Part shown: piece after piece, positions 22,401-30,602 of the stretch
How the letters are laid out: each line of letters opens with the position of its first letter
Numbering within the stretch: position 1 is the first letter of the stretch
DNA from: a phage
Direction: 5' to 3' (one strand)
DNA length: 64,000 nt
Sequence record: PZ171033.1
The notes under the pieces: generated by a model
Databases searched by the model: none
The model's input: the letters and a program-made list of their open reading frames with translations, nothing else
What the model was told of the DNA's origin: nothing
Program-made: the position numbers and the translations under genes

Positions 22401-23817
22401 TTTTGCCAACCAGAGAAGCACCAGCCAGGGTAGTACGAAGAGCAGGGCCAGCAGAAGCACCAACTGCTTTAACAGTTGTACCAGGAGCTTGAGCAACCCC
22501 AGCACTACCGAATCCATAAAGTGCACCCAGACCTGCTTGCTCACCAACCCCTTTGAGGGTGTCACGGGATGCATCAACGTTTTCTTTGATTGCAGTATTC
22601 TGTGCGAACTGACCAAAGCCGGATTGAATACCTTCTTCGACTGTTTCACGTAGCATATTAGAACCAGCACCTGCCAGTGAACCTACCTTAAGTGGGTTAA
22701 GTTCAAAGCGAGATACCAGTGGACCGGTAGCAGCAGCAACTGGAGCAGTTAAGCCAGCAGCAATGATACCTGTTTCAGATGCAGTCTGACGTCGTGCTTC
22801 ATCAGGAGATAAACCATCAGCAATATGTTGCTGGTAAACAGGAGACTTACTTGCCAGTTCTTGGTGGGACATCTTCATGATTTCAGAAGCAGTCTGTTGG
22901 TATGCACCACCAGCTTCCATACCACCAATTGCAATAGCAGGTGCAGCAACACGACCAGCAGACAGTGCAACCTGTGCAGGACGTGAACCTAACCCAGCAG
23001 CTAAGGTAATACCTTTAACAGCTTTATCACCTCCTACCATTACTTTACCTAATGCAGATACACCACGGATAAGTGGACCACCAGTAAAGAGGGAACCAAC
23101 ACCTTCACTCAGTCCGTCGGAAGCAGCCATACCATTATCAAGTGTATTAGCAACAGAATCAAAAGCGTCACGACCAATACGAGACAGGGAGGCAACCAAA
23201 TCGCTCTCTCCGTTTTTTATATCTTGTTCATAGAGTTTCTGGTTCTTTTGGGCAGAAATCTGGTTCTGATTCTGAACAACTTTACGGGTAGCATTCAGTG
23301 CATCAGACTGTAGATTGTGTACACCTTCATTCAACCAATCCATCCCGGAAGCAATGGATGCCCCGGCATTATCATTGACCAGACCTGTGCCAAGAGCAGC
23401 AATGCCCCCAAGGGTATTAGCAACACCAAGACCAACACCAGAAAGAGTATCGCCAAATGCTTCTGCGTTAGTACGTTGTTTAGATAAGCCCTGACGTACA
23501 ACATCAGTAGCATTAGCTCGGCTATTAAGAATCTGTAAACCTTGCTCATTACCATACTTATTAATGATTTCTAAGGGAGAGGCTTGAGTGAAATCTGCCT
23601 GAAGTGAACCGGGTTCGAATGCACCGATTCCAAGATTACCTACTCGTCCAGTCTGGAGATTGTAAGCGTTCTCTGGGGTTAATTGGAAAGGGCTTTGCCC
23701 TTGTGCAGCTTGCTTCTGAGAGGTTGCAGTAGAGACATCGACTTGCTTAGCATTAGTGATGCTGTCTGCGAAACCTGCCAGACGGTCAAATGTTGACATA
23801 GCATGTTTCCTGTTCAA
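13447..23817 (-). CDS. virion-encapsidated RNA polymerase (N4 gp50-like vRNAP), 3456 aa
   Basis: Single 10.4-kb ORF; central T7-like motifs A (YVEADGVTNGPINAM) and B (KRGIAKNPLTITIYGSG); size matches N4 vRNAP. Confidence 0.9.
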   Translation of the reverse strand: MNRKHAMSTFDRLAGFADSITNAKQVDVSTATSQKQAAQGQSPFQLTPENAYNLQTGRVGNLGIGAFEPGSLQADFTQASPLEIINKYGNEQGLQILNSRANATDVVRQGLSKQRTNAEAFGDTLSGVGLGVANTLGGIAALGTGLVNDNAGASIASGMDWLNEGVHNLQSDALNATRKVVQNQNQISAQKNQKLYEQDIKNGESDLVASLSRIGRDAFDSVANTLDNGMAASDGLSEGVGSLFTGGPLIRGVSALGKVMVGGDKAVKGITLAAGLGSRPAQVALSAGRVAAPAIAIGGMEAGGAYQQTASEIMKMSHQELASKSPVYQQHIADGLSPDEARRQTASETGIIAAGLTAPVAAATGPLVSRFELNPLKVGSLAGAGSNMLRETVEEGIQSGFGQFAQNTAIKENVDASRDTLKGVGEQAGLGALYGFGSAGVAQAPGTTVKAVGASAGPALRTTLAGASLVGKTLAKAASPLTNILIQRGEEVAKRNEQASPVADATVNAAAQEAAAQAEQAQATVQEAVDAMDITPEEKAAATQYAADLTQAMKFDPVELEQANPAIREAVSGSTNRVEAIQKMADLVNTAEDPNVQMEAAIQMYDNIMSMDSFINRDPGALANLEQGSPAATIVDQFSGLMANVQNTPKVLRAFRAIHSMIQEQAEAGKLKATEEANQAQANNIAMAADVSPEVLDADSVNMVLKHASEGKITLGNRQRAALQSAAALLQGAREFDAKAEELGLRPQDIVSKQIKTDESRSNEGQYSALQHAKRIRSAYNSGNFDLASAYLSDFMKFAQHMQNKVGALNEHLISGNADKNKSVHYQALSPSREWVRSRTGLGVNPYDTKSVKFAQQVGLEAKTVADIANALATAYPELNVSHVKVTSLDSRLNKPAAQVVKEFRQGGLDATQSQQTNEPVNQVDESPAPVQEDTTTVQPKAKPVVENKTAPTKETSPKTEEVSTTKPETVDAILKNEDTIQEVAETKTEMETVFPVYNNEKTPNQFLKAFTLPEEPKSRTIGSESPLTDIKQALSSAARFEAFTQKENNALTSDVIKRYQDLMDFGETLKTTLSERLAKFLANKNVGKRFAEGTEANRWVGGKLLNIVEQDGDTFKFNDQLLETAVLAGLQWRLTTTQNAAIKDMKDVAAITGVEASLLPEGILAEFENAQTLVEATNSLAQKIESYWGLNRNPNAPLGYTKGIPMAMATEILSSLIEMGEVKESMLDVSEIDPDSNKTVGLYTIEKLDDNDAINKFPTAIEEAVLLEPEEKMYFGDDIPSVAQTQLRNPAVKNTPEQKAALKAEQATEFRVHMPMVNFYEALGRDNILELMGAGTLNPELLNANTAKSLEGKNLSVSMAYDSLFGVINQIREQENGLDTPIHYGYNMTRVGRMQMLGKNNPQSSKLVREAILPTFSTIDLSNENSQAFSDFQLGLAQALGIKVHKMSREVMSEELTKALEGKLKPAVDMMVEFDKSGHLPTDAVDILKTSLGSDKSFVALMALMEYARYLNSDDRANFTTPLYVEADGVTNGPINAMVLMTGGKFTPDWIKNTAKGGLFFGRAGKTMNEHCSIDDNVDLYEASTNGLQQALNELRTTYRNNVPVMSQMNHLQKLMDLFIKDFNLNEDGTLDLKRGIAKNPLTITIYGSGARGIAGKMVSAITDTIYERFSDVLQARAADPSISPAMAMFGKEAASEADAQAMLDTFLTSMEALTGNVPVMRKGELSIQQVDGALTGKLDPQKFTVSGNALKNLQENMLHLFVEPMRTGIRNTVGEGLMHSTENLQKATQIQSLVLQDMFQQAVQAKLAEKEKDPTWKKGDFLTQKELNEIQESLSSLAPMIETGSQTFYIAGSENTDVANQVLATNLDDRMRVPMSIYAPSQAGVAGIPFMTIGTGDGMMMQTLSTMKGAPKNTLKIFDGMNIGINDITDASRKANEAVYTSWQGNPIKNVYDSYAKFMKNVDFSKLSDETKQAIAKSALEYDQREGATDDLLRVGAEQIERNLRNIALGVDIRHKVMDQVQVTVDQMAAVGAPYVNNGKISLEGLTVDQQVAKLNELFDAELNKRREAVRATKAEPVEEVPAMEQVGRVLKSGVRLLSNTAITKLAKEMSPEQQEVLKEIQKSLAAKDYKVVYGTPAQLDAYAIEKNITRPAPEDIEAAEAGNAYGWTNFEDKTIYLVTPSLETLVHELVHASTFESVLAHYEGTPNEAVQNIEDLMNQFRALDVRDESPAVREAYADALNTINGHLSNGFIEPAMAKAAALNEYMAWGLTNRELISKQKKTTALKTMVQAVYEAIKRLVFGRKKAPANAEDMFSGLLFNSAVVMRGQAPTAAVAKDTTLFHNKAYGENTRLEELGKTFDKLITNYIGSEPVQQVIRKGKFSDAVVNATKVTRDVQAHGFTMNMQEQRLFTNIVAALATEAAVNPAAMARAQEYYTHVTKNLTVEAFMADPDSTNPADRYYAQQKFDTIMGANNIEFDAQGRSSLLPTFVGLAMVSEEVRKVLADIPVMKADKKSGNTVDAMLTNIGTAAMASLNARVAGDTKATNVQEGMDALAQTIMQTSLNAESFYDSVATPTGNAIDRANQYLVDSIDVLSTRALEGAREVAANTNNPLVKGAAHAAQLVAAIATEKNGAIVAEGVMAAMNQGKVWQPFHDLVNDLTGRTKSNASVYDLIKAVRAQVQADRQQFREHLPTTIASKFSRKLTNDEWKVMHTGMGKTDLAVLRDTMSLAEIRDLLTDQKIVDREVNKLEADLQKQAGRNWPLINRKSKQLAQYMINGTVGKNLLRNATAISRMLGERQAARSTVDVAQLDKLITLYALEAMNKSDREMLSSLAQTEVDGMDFATSYLVGQRKDEMAKAKSDMRATLNQYKGHIPSETKQGVNLIVAEDSQFADLIEKSYVRLGTYQGSSANRGPARSYYFAPVQAQAPFSQGILQNVRNTAGGVDLGTGFTMGTMVAGRITDKPSVDRITKALARGERGNEPLLPVYDANGNVVAYEQSIDPNMLKHIEGENHLARAIGVWRGRQVEEAKAQRFNDMLIENLHSMYENDIKMSASNKSQYVNLLGSKLDPVTADALKLMNSETRQKAESLFGPGELWVRRDMLNDALGYRAASVGDAWSGNSRWSQETLDTFKKAMLGVFGNRAYKYVMGGENLVQNLVKEAKTLIVVKSVVVPAVNFLANLYQMVARGVPVKNIAKSIPQKTAEINQYLKSRLRQVDAEAELRAATNPNQIRKLKAEIQSISDSHKRLSIWPLLEAGEFSSIADAGIGRDDILITEGKLHEYMDKLADKLPKSVRNAGRYALITKDTALFQGIQKTVEYSDFIAKAIIYDELTQRKGKTREEALGRVTEEFINYDRLPGRFRGYMESVGLMWFYNFKIRSAKVAVSMIRNNPVHAAMAMLAPTPTMFGNVGLPIQDNIFSIAAQGNLGYSFGFGQGLRAHNLNPWMNLIN

Positions 23818-23860
23818 ACTTATATCGTATATAGGTAACTTACTCTACAGTAAGCCAGTT

Positions 23861-23890
23861 AAAGAAAAAAGCCCCGTAGGGCTTTTATTA
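23861..23890 (-). terminator. terminator upstream of the vRNAP gene (minus strand)
   Basis: AAGCCC-CGTA-GGGCTT flanked by A-run and T-run; minus strand reads hairpin then TTTTTTCTTT. Confidence 0.65.
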
Positions 23891-23893
23891 GTA

Positions 23894-25858
23894 TTACCGA
23901 TTTTGTCTTGGTTGCATATACTCAGGCAGTCCTTGTGCCTGACGTAAGTACCGTGCAGCACGTTCTTCATCTTCCTTGGCTCGTGCCCTGTCCACACTAG
24001 CCTGTGACTGAAAACCTCTTGGAGCCAGGTTAGCTGGGTCAGCTTGTACTTGTGCCTGTGCAGCTTGGAGCATTGCAGCAGCTTTAGTAACAGCCTCCTG
24101 TCGTGCAGGTAACAGTGCAGTAAGACCACTTTGTCCGGTGTTAATCTTATTCTGGGTATTTGCCAGTGCAGCTACAGCAGCATCATATGCAGTCTGTGCT
24201 GCCTGAATGTTCTGCATAGCCTGAGCACGACCTAGGTTACGAACACTACCTTCTAATGGTTCACCTCGTTTTACACCCTCAATTAACTGTTCTACCTGAC
24301 GGTCATTAAGACGCATACCATTACCGGCTTCATTGGTAATGAATGGGTTAACTGCATCAATAGCACGACTAATATAACCTTCCGGTACACCAGTCTGTGC
24401 ACGTTGCATAACAGCAGCAGCCATAGCTGGTGACATATTCCCACGTTGGGAAATATCATTCAGTCGGTTCAGTACCCAGTTACGGTCAGCACCTTTAAAG
24501 TCACCCTCCAACAGACGGTTAGCAATCTCACCTACTGGGGTATTATCGGTGACAGTACCAAGGAAGTCAGTGTTAAGACTACCGGTGTTATCCTGCATAG
24601 AACGAGTACCAATCATACCAGTAGCCAGAGTAGATACTGCCTGATTACCTTGGTTATTCTGAACCATAGCTAGTGGGTCAGCCCCCACTTCTGCTTGAGC
24701 AATAACAGGTTTAATCTGTTCCCAAGTCATATCCTTATAAGCACCTGGAGCAGAGTTAGGGAGTGCAGCCCAAGTATCTTTAAGGTTACCGTTCTTACGG
24801 GCCTCGAAGATAGCCTTACCAATCTTATCCTGGTTCTCAGGAGAAAGAGGCTGGCTTTGCCAATCTGAACCAAGAACTTTAGGAGCGAAGTCTTTCAGAG
24901 TAGCTTGGTTAATCTGGAATGCACCAACAGGTGAAGCACCTTGGTTCTTCTTCATACCATCCTGGTGTTTAATTACATCACCAATACTCATTTGAGTAAT
25001 AGGAGTAGATGTACTGGCAAACTGGTAAGTAACATCATAAGGAGAACCCTGACGAGTACCAGCAGTACCTGGAGCAGATGTAGCACCAACATTATTACCG
25101 TAAACACCCGGGTATGCTCGTGCAAGCATTTCCTGCAAACGTGCCTGTGCAACCGGGGACAGGTTCTTACTATATGCTTCTGCCAACAGACGGGCATCAT
25201 TAGGGTTCTCAGCACCACGAGTAATCTGTGACATTACACCCATAGCTGCCTGACTATCAGCATCATTACGTTGGGCAACACCTAAATCAAAACGGTTCTG
25301 TGCCTGATTAATAGCCTGACCACCCTGACCTTGAAGACGACCCAACATGTCCAATTGTTGGTCAGCAGGGAGTGCAGACAGTGCATCACGGGTCTGACTT
25401 AATGCAGCATTAATACGGTTCTGGTCGCCGGACTGATAAGCCTCAGACAGCAAACGAATAGCTGGGGAAGCATTATCTAATGCAGTGTTAGTATCCTGTA
25501 AACGACCAAAGCGATATGCATTGTAGTCATTGGTTCCCTGCTGACCTTGTTGGGTCAGTAATGTACCTGCTCGCTCATCCAGATTCTGGAGAGTACGTTG
25601 GTTTACCAATGAGGGGTCAACCCCCTGAAACAGTGCACCGGATGCTAAAGCATTACGGTACTCATTCGGGTCTTGATACTGCATAGCATTCATCATGACG
25701 GCATTGCCAGCCTCCTGCTTGGCAGCGTTCTGGAAATTACCCAGTGCATCACTTAAGCCGGAGGTGGCGTTACCAATCATGCTGCCAAATGTGCGAATGC
25801 TGTCACCAACTCCAGAGAAGTTAGGTGCATCAACATTTCTCCACGTTATCTGAGCCAT
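23894..25858 (-). CDS. virion internal protein (N4 gp51-like), Gln/Ala-rich
   Basis: 654-aa ORF directly upstream of vRNAP in the late block; low-complexity Q/A-rich N-terminus. Confidence 0.55.
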   Translation of the reverse strand: MAQITWRNVDAPNFSGVGDSIRTFGSMIGNATSGLSDALGNFQNAAKQEAGNAVMMNAMQYQDPNEYRNALASGALFQGVDPSLVNQRTLQNLDERAGTLLTQQGQQGTNDYNAYRFGRLQDTNTALDNASPAIRLLSEAYQSGDQNRINAALSQTRDALSALPADQQLDMLGRLQGQGGQAINQAQNRFDLGVAQRNDADSQAAMGVMSQITRGAENPNDARLLAEAYSKNLSPVAQARLQEMLARAYPGVYGNNVGATSAPGTAGTRQGSPYDVTYQFASTSTPITQMSIGDVIKHQDGMKKNQGASPVGAFQINQATLKDFAPKVLGSDWQSQPLSPENQDKIGKAIFEARKNGNLKDTWAALPNSAPGAYKDMTWEQIKPVIAQAEVGADPLAMVQNNQGNQAVSTLATGMIGTRSMQDNTGSLNTDFLGTVTDNTPVGEIANRLLEGDFKGADRNWVLNRLNDISQRGNMSPAMAAAVMQRAQTGVPEGYISRAIDAVNPFITNEAGNGMRLNDRQVEQLIEGVKRGEPLEGSVRNLGRAQAMQNIQAAQTAYDAAVAALANTQNKINTGQSGLTALLPARQEAVTKAAAMLQAAQAQVQADPANLAPRGFQSQASVDRARAKEDEERAARYLRQAQGLPEYMQPRQNR

Positions 25859-25870
25859 GATGGTTTCCTA

Positions 25871-26335
25871 TTAACGAGTTAGTTTATTAGCAGCAATGTA
25901 AGCATCAGCCGAAGACTGGTCACGGTTCTCTGCTGTAGCACGGCTACGAGCACGGTCTTCCAGTGCAGTGTTATAAGACTTAATCTGGTTATTCAGGTTA
26001 GTGTTAGTAACACTCTTAGTAAAGTTCAACTGGTCTTTGGCTAACTTGTTAGCCTGGAAACCACTATAGATACCAGCTAAGGAACCAAGTGCACCAAGTC
26101 CTAGTTGAAAGGTGGGTACGTTCATACCCAACTGATTAGCTGAACCAGATAAGAAGGAAGTTGGGGAAGCCACTCCTGTACCTGCATTCATACCAATAGC
26201 TGCACCAGGGGTATAGTTCATAGCTGGGGTATTAAAGTTCTGATTGTTATTAGACATCCAAGACATAGCAGCTGGCTGTGGGGTTTGGTTGCCTGTTAAG
26301 AATGACAAATCCATGAGGATTCTCCTGTTAAACAA
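25871..26335 (-). CDS. virion protein (N4 gp52-like)
   Basis: 154-aa ORF, Gly/Asn-rich, between two large internal protein genes. Confidence 0.5.
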   Translation of the reverse strand: MFNRRILMDLSFLTGNQTPQPAAMSWMSNNNQNFNTPAMNYTPGAAIGMNAGTGVASPTSFLSGSANQLGMNVPTFQLGLGALGSLAGIYSGFQANKLAKDQLNFTKSVTNTNLNNQIKSYNTALEDRARSRATAENRDQSSADAYIAANKLTR

Positions 26336-28982
26336 GGTCTGTATTAAGAGTCATATCAGAGTAGCTTCCAATCATGTTTAAAGACATGTCAGCTATATCT
26401 GAACCAGTCATGAGAGTACGTGAGAGGAAAGAATCCATCGACTCCATTGACACAAATTGCATAGGGTCAATTACACCCTGCCCAGCAGTACCAAACATTT
26501 CTTCATACTGCTTATTGATTGCCATCATATCAGTATTGTACTGCTGCATTACATTCTCTGCTTTCTGAATAGTAGCAGCCGTAGATGCATTAATATACTG
26601 ACTAATACCATTACCCACTGAACTGGTAAGTTGCATTATGTTCTGAGCATTCATCATTTCACTGGCTAAGGTAGATAAAGATGTACCAGTAGATAAAGCA
26701 GTACCAACATTCATAGCTACCATTGAAGCAACAGCAGCAATGATAAAACCTAGCTTATCACCAAACAGTGAAGTAGATACTTTAGTGACAATAGATATCA
26801 TAATCATTGCAGCAATGGCGTTTGCTACAGCACCCACTATTACAGCAGCTAATCCAACAAAACCAAGTGATGCGCCAACTGCACTGTAAGCCCCAAGAAT
26901 ACCTGCACCACCAGCACCCATAGTGAATACAGATACAACGACAGCAACTACAACGACCACTATCTTAAAGACAGAAGTTTGATACCACTTCTTCTTAACC
27001 TTCTTATACGAGTTCATTACTAAGTAGGAACAGGCAGTAGACAGTTGAGTACTACGAGTCAGTGACATTGAACGGTAGATGTTAGTGTGTAGTGGAATAA
27101 TGAATCCACTCTCTTCTGCATCACCCATTGCTTCAGCAACATCAATGTTCACTGATTTATTTTTATATACTCTATTGTTGTGGTTTAGGCCCAATACCCT
27201 AAGTTTACGATAAGTGTTATTACCATCCTGCCAAAGCAACTCATACTCCTGCATGGAATAAAACGTAGTGGTAACTTCCAGTTTCTTAGTAGAACCAGAG
27301 TTACTGGCAGTACGTATGTTCTTACGGGTAAGAGTTATATCCCCTGCATATCTGGCTCGAAGTTGTCCTTGTTTAGCACCAGTCCATGCTTCACCTGAAT
27401 GGGTAGTTTCAGACACATAGTTCCAACCAATAGTCATGTCATACTTATATTGCTTATTACTATGTACCCTAAACTCTCGCTTAGGTATGACAGGGTATTC
27501 TGGCAAGGGTGGAGGTGTTCCAACAGTTTGTCCTTCATACCTGTTCCACCATTCCACATATGCATCAACTGCATCATTTGCTGCCTGATAACCTGCAATC
27601 ACTGCTTCCAGTGTAGGGTAGGTTGGATCAGGTGGGAATGCTTCAGTAGCCATCTGAAAGAAACGGTAGATGTATTCCTTAGCAGTATCTTCTGGAGTAT
27701 TAAGAGATACACCGAATGTGCCATAGATGTATTGAATATCACCTATGTCGTCATTCTTCTTAAGCTCAGTCACTACTTTATCAAGCTTACCACCAGTAGC
27801 TTTATAGAGTGCCTTCTTACAGTGAGGGTAGATTGGGTCATTCTCTACCCATTGTTTATCATTCCTGATTGGAATGAATGGATAGAATCGGTTATCGGTA
27901 GCTTCAGTCTCAAACAGTGAATCAAGTACAACGTTACCTGAGTTATGCTTATAGATAAGCATCTTAGGTGTACCAACAGCAGTCATCTCAGTATCAGTGC
28001 GAGTAGTCTGGGATGAGTACTTACGAACCAGTGTCTCTGTAGTTGTAGTGATTGTATCTGTGCGAGTAACACCACCACCTAAATCAACAACATTGGTAGT
28101 TACAGTAGTACTGGATTGAACTTCACCAAACTTTGTATGAGTCATTACCCTATCAGATACAACCACAGTTACATCATCAGGTTTCTCAGTAAATCCTCTA
28201 CGGTAAACCTTAACGTAAGAGTTCCAGTTATCCACACTTGGTTCAGTAACAGTACTGTCTTCATCCGGCCTACCATCAGAGTAAACAGAATGAGTCTGTA
28301 TAGTCTTAGTAAGATTGGTTGTATTAGCTGTCGTATCACTTGAGATGGTAGTCCATAGCAGGGTAGATGGTAAGTCATCCTCGTCATCGTAGACAGTAGT
28401 CGGTCCTACTACCGGTGGATTGGTAGTAGGGGACTTATAGAATGAGTAATCAGCATAGAGATACAAAGCACCTGGTTCAAAGTTAGTAGGTGTGAATGTA
28501 ATAGTGGAACCTCCATCCAGAGAGGTCATAGTAATTTCATTGGTATCTTCATCAATGTCTACGTCGAATCGTTCCATGATTCGACTTGGGGCATTATCAT
28601 AAAGATATTGATCACACCATTGCTCAAAATCAGCAAAGCCAATCTCTGCTGCCTGAACATAGACAGATTCTCCAGCAGGTGGAGTAATTTGACCCTCTAT
28701 AACAGTAGGGTCAATCTTAGCCAGTACGCCTAATGAAGAACCTGCCATGCCAACTTCTGAATCATAGTGGTTCTTGCTCCAGCTGGAGAACAGTCGCATA
28801 CGAATACCGGGTCCATTCAGATAACTATCGGAGATAGTGTCTGCCATAGTGAATCCTGTATTGGAAACAATGTTACCAATGACTACAGTCTTCATATAGT
28901 TTGGGCGTTTATGGATATCCCCTGCCATGTTATAGACAGAGGATGCTACGTATACTTTGGTCTTCCCACTGAATAAGCCCAT
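26328..28982 (-). CDS. large virion protein with transmembrane segments (N4 gp53-like, ejection/core protein)
   Basis: 884 aa; long hydrophobic stretch VVVVVAVVVSVFTMGAGGAGILGA... Confidence 0.55.
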   Translation of the reverse strand: MGLFSGKTKVYVASSVYNMAGDIHKRPNYMKTVVIGNIVSNTGFTMADTISDSYLNGPGIRMRLFSSWSKNHYDSEVGMAGSSLGVLAKIDPTVIEGQITPPAGESVYVQAAEIGFADFEQWCDQYLYDNAPSRIMERFDVDIDEDTNEITMTSLDGGSTITFTPTNFEPGALYLYADYSFYKSPTTNPPVVGPTTVYDDEDDLPSTLLWTTISSDTTANTTNLTKTIQTHSVYSDGRPDEDSTVTEPSVDNWNSYVKVYRRGFTEKPDDVTVVVSDRVMTHTKFGEVQSSTTVTTNVVDLGGGVTRTDTITTTTETLVRKYSSQTTRTDTEMTAVGTPKMLIYKHNSGNVVLDSLFETEATDNRFYPFIPIRNDKQWVENDPIYPHCKKALYKATGGKLDKVVTELKKNDDIGDIQYIYGTFGVSLNTPEDTAKEYIYRFFQMATEAFPPDPTYPTLEAVIAGYQAANDAVDAYVEWWNRYEGQTVGTPPPLPEYPVIPKREFRVHSNKQYKYDMTIGWNYVSETTHSGEAWTGAKQGQLRARYAGDITLTRKNIRTASNSGSTKKLEVTTTFYSMQEYELLWQDGNNTYRKLRVLGLNHNNRVYKNKSVNIDVAEAMGDAEESGFIIPLHTNIYRSMSLTRSTQLSTACSYLVMNSYKKVKKKWYQTSVFKIVVVVVAVVVSVFTMGAGGAGILGAYSAVGASLGFVGLAAVIVGAVANAIAAMIMISIVTKVSTSLFGDKLGFIIAAVASMVAMNVGTALSTGTSLSTLASEMMNAQNIMQLTSSVGNGISQYINASTAATIQKAENVMQQYNTDMMAINKQYEEMFGTAGQGVIDPMQFVSMESMDSFLSRTLMTGSDIADMSLNMIGSYSDMTLNTDLV

Positions 28983-28983
28983 A

Positions 28984-29826
28984 TTAGTTCAGCCCGTTGT
29001 TAGACTTCAGCTTGGTCAGAATGGTATCAATACTTGAGTTAGTGAAACCATTAGGTGGGTTCAAGCCTTCATCAATAGTCTTCTGTGTAATCCATGCATC
29101 GGTAAACAGCTTAGCTGCTTTAACTTCTGCATCTCGTTGGTAAGAAGTAATCTGTTGTGAATACAACTCTTTCTGTTTGCCAATAGAACCAAGAATAGGT
29201 AATGCATCAGAACGGGTTTCTTGGGTCTGTGCACGTTGTACTTCATATTGTTCCTGTATCAAACGTTCTTGTGCAGGAAGAATTTTTTCTGAAGTATACA
29301 GTGCAGCACAGTACGTTTCAGACTCAGTAGCAATCTTCATCTTAGTAAGAGCATACTCACTCTTAGCAGACAGTGCCTGAATCTTAGCCAGTACAAACTG
29401 TGCCTTAGACGTTGCCAGTTGAACACGTGCAGTAACTGCCTGAATCTGTGCCATAGCAGCAGCCCAGTATGCTTGGTCACGACCAAGTAAGAACTGAACA
29501 GCATTACTCATGCACGATTCCATCATAGCAATGTATGCTTTGGTGTATTCACCACCGGTAATACGGTTAGCTTTAAACTCAGCTTTAAGGTGATTGTGTG
29601 CAGATTCCATTAATGCATCAAACGTACCACTACCACCTACTTCACGCGTAGTAAGTGATTCATTTGTTACTTTAGTAATAGCATCAAAGATTAGGGAATT
29701 ATCACCACCAGGGATATCCCATTCAGGGCCAGACATATCAATGTCAGGAAGGGTAAAGTCATCACCCTTAGTTAACTCTTCTAGGAGTCGGTTAGCTTCT
29801 ACCTCAGCAGAACAAGACATAATCAT
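28984..29826 (-). CDS. virion protein (N4 gp54-like)
   Basis: 280-aa ORF in structural block; coiled-coil-like Ala/Gln-rich middle. Confidence 0.5.
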   Translation of the reverse strand: MIMSCSAEVEANRLLEELTKGDDFTLPDIDMSGPEWDIPGGDNSLIFDAITKVTNESLTTREVGGSGTFDALMESAHNHLKAEFKANRITGGEYTKAYIAMMESCMSNAVQFLLGRDQAYWAAAMAQIQAVTARVQLATSKAQFVLAKIQALSAKSEYALTKMKIATESETYCAALYTSEKILPAQERLIQEQYEVQRAQTQETRSDALPILGSIGKQKELYSQQITSYQRDAEVKAAKLFTDAWITQKTIDEGLNPPNGFTNSSIDTILTKLKSNNGLN

Positions 29827-29896
29827 TCCTCTTGGTTCAAAAAGAAACGGCCCACGGAGTTACCCCAGTGAGCCGTGTTGAACTGTAGCTTATACG

Positions 29897-30535
29897 TTAA
29901 TCGTTAAGGCTACCAGCAGCAATCTGTGCTTGAGCCAGTTGAGCCAATTCAGCTTCCGTCAACGGAGGCAGTACTTCAATGGAGAACTCACGTGCTTCTG
30001 TTGCACGGATGTCTGGTAAGCCATTCTTACCTTTACGAGTCGTAATGTTGATGAACTTACGCTCTTTAAGAAACTCATAGATACAATACGGAATATGATA
30101 ACCATTGTCGGTTACTTCACCGAACGGAACAAACTTACGTACAGTACCCATATATTCGTTAGCTACGGTGATAATCTCACCCGGCAGGTCTTTCTTCTTA
30201 GGGTCAAGGTTCTGGATACGTACACGAATCAGTCGAGTCTGTTCTGCACGAATCTTCTGACCCAGGGTCATCTTCTTAACACCAGCTTCTTGTTTTTCAC
30301 CAAGCGGGTTAACAGTAGCTTCTACTACTGGTTCATCTTTTACTTGTGCAGCTTCAATCTTCTCACGAAGCTTCTCAACGGAAATGTTGTTAGAGAACTT
30401 GATATTCATCAACGTTGCACGTTGCTTAAGAACTTCAAGTTCGCTAGGCATTGCAATATCGTTAACGGTATCTTCGTTGCCCTGTACGTTCACTTCTACG
30501 TCAGTGGTCGGTTTATCGTTAATGCTCATGTTCAT
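29897..30535 (-). CDS. structural protein, hypothetical
   Basis: 212-aa ORF between major capsid gene and internal protein genes. Confidence 0.5.
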   Translation of the reverse strand: MNMSINDKPTTDVEVNVQGNEDTVNDIAMPSELEVLKQRATLMNIKFSNNISVEKLREKIEAAQVKDEPVVEATVNPLGEKQEAGVKKMTLGQKIRAEQTRLIRVRIQNLDPKKKDLPGEIITVANEYMGTVRKFVPFGEVTDNGYHIPYCIYEFLKERKFINITTRKGKNGLPDIRATEAREFSIEVLPPLTEAELAQLAQAQIAAGSLND

Positions 30536-30565
30536 ATTTCCTGTGGTTCATTTAGTTTTATTAAG

Positions 30566-30595
30566 AGGGGGACTTATGTCCCCCTTGTTTTATTT
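30566..30595. terminator. strong hairpin immediately downstream of the major capsid gene
   Basis: AGGGGGAC-TTAT-GTCCCCCT; U-tract only on the plus-strand side. Confidence 0.5.
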
Positions 30596-30602
30596 CGGAC
30601 TA

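Noticed and set aside
13495-23555. Many 60-170-aa ORFs on the plus strand and in other minus frames inside 13447-23817
   Set aside because: All lie within the single 3456-aa RNA polymerase ORF, which has recognisable polymerase motifs; they are frame shadows.
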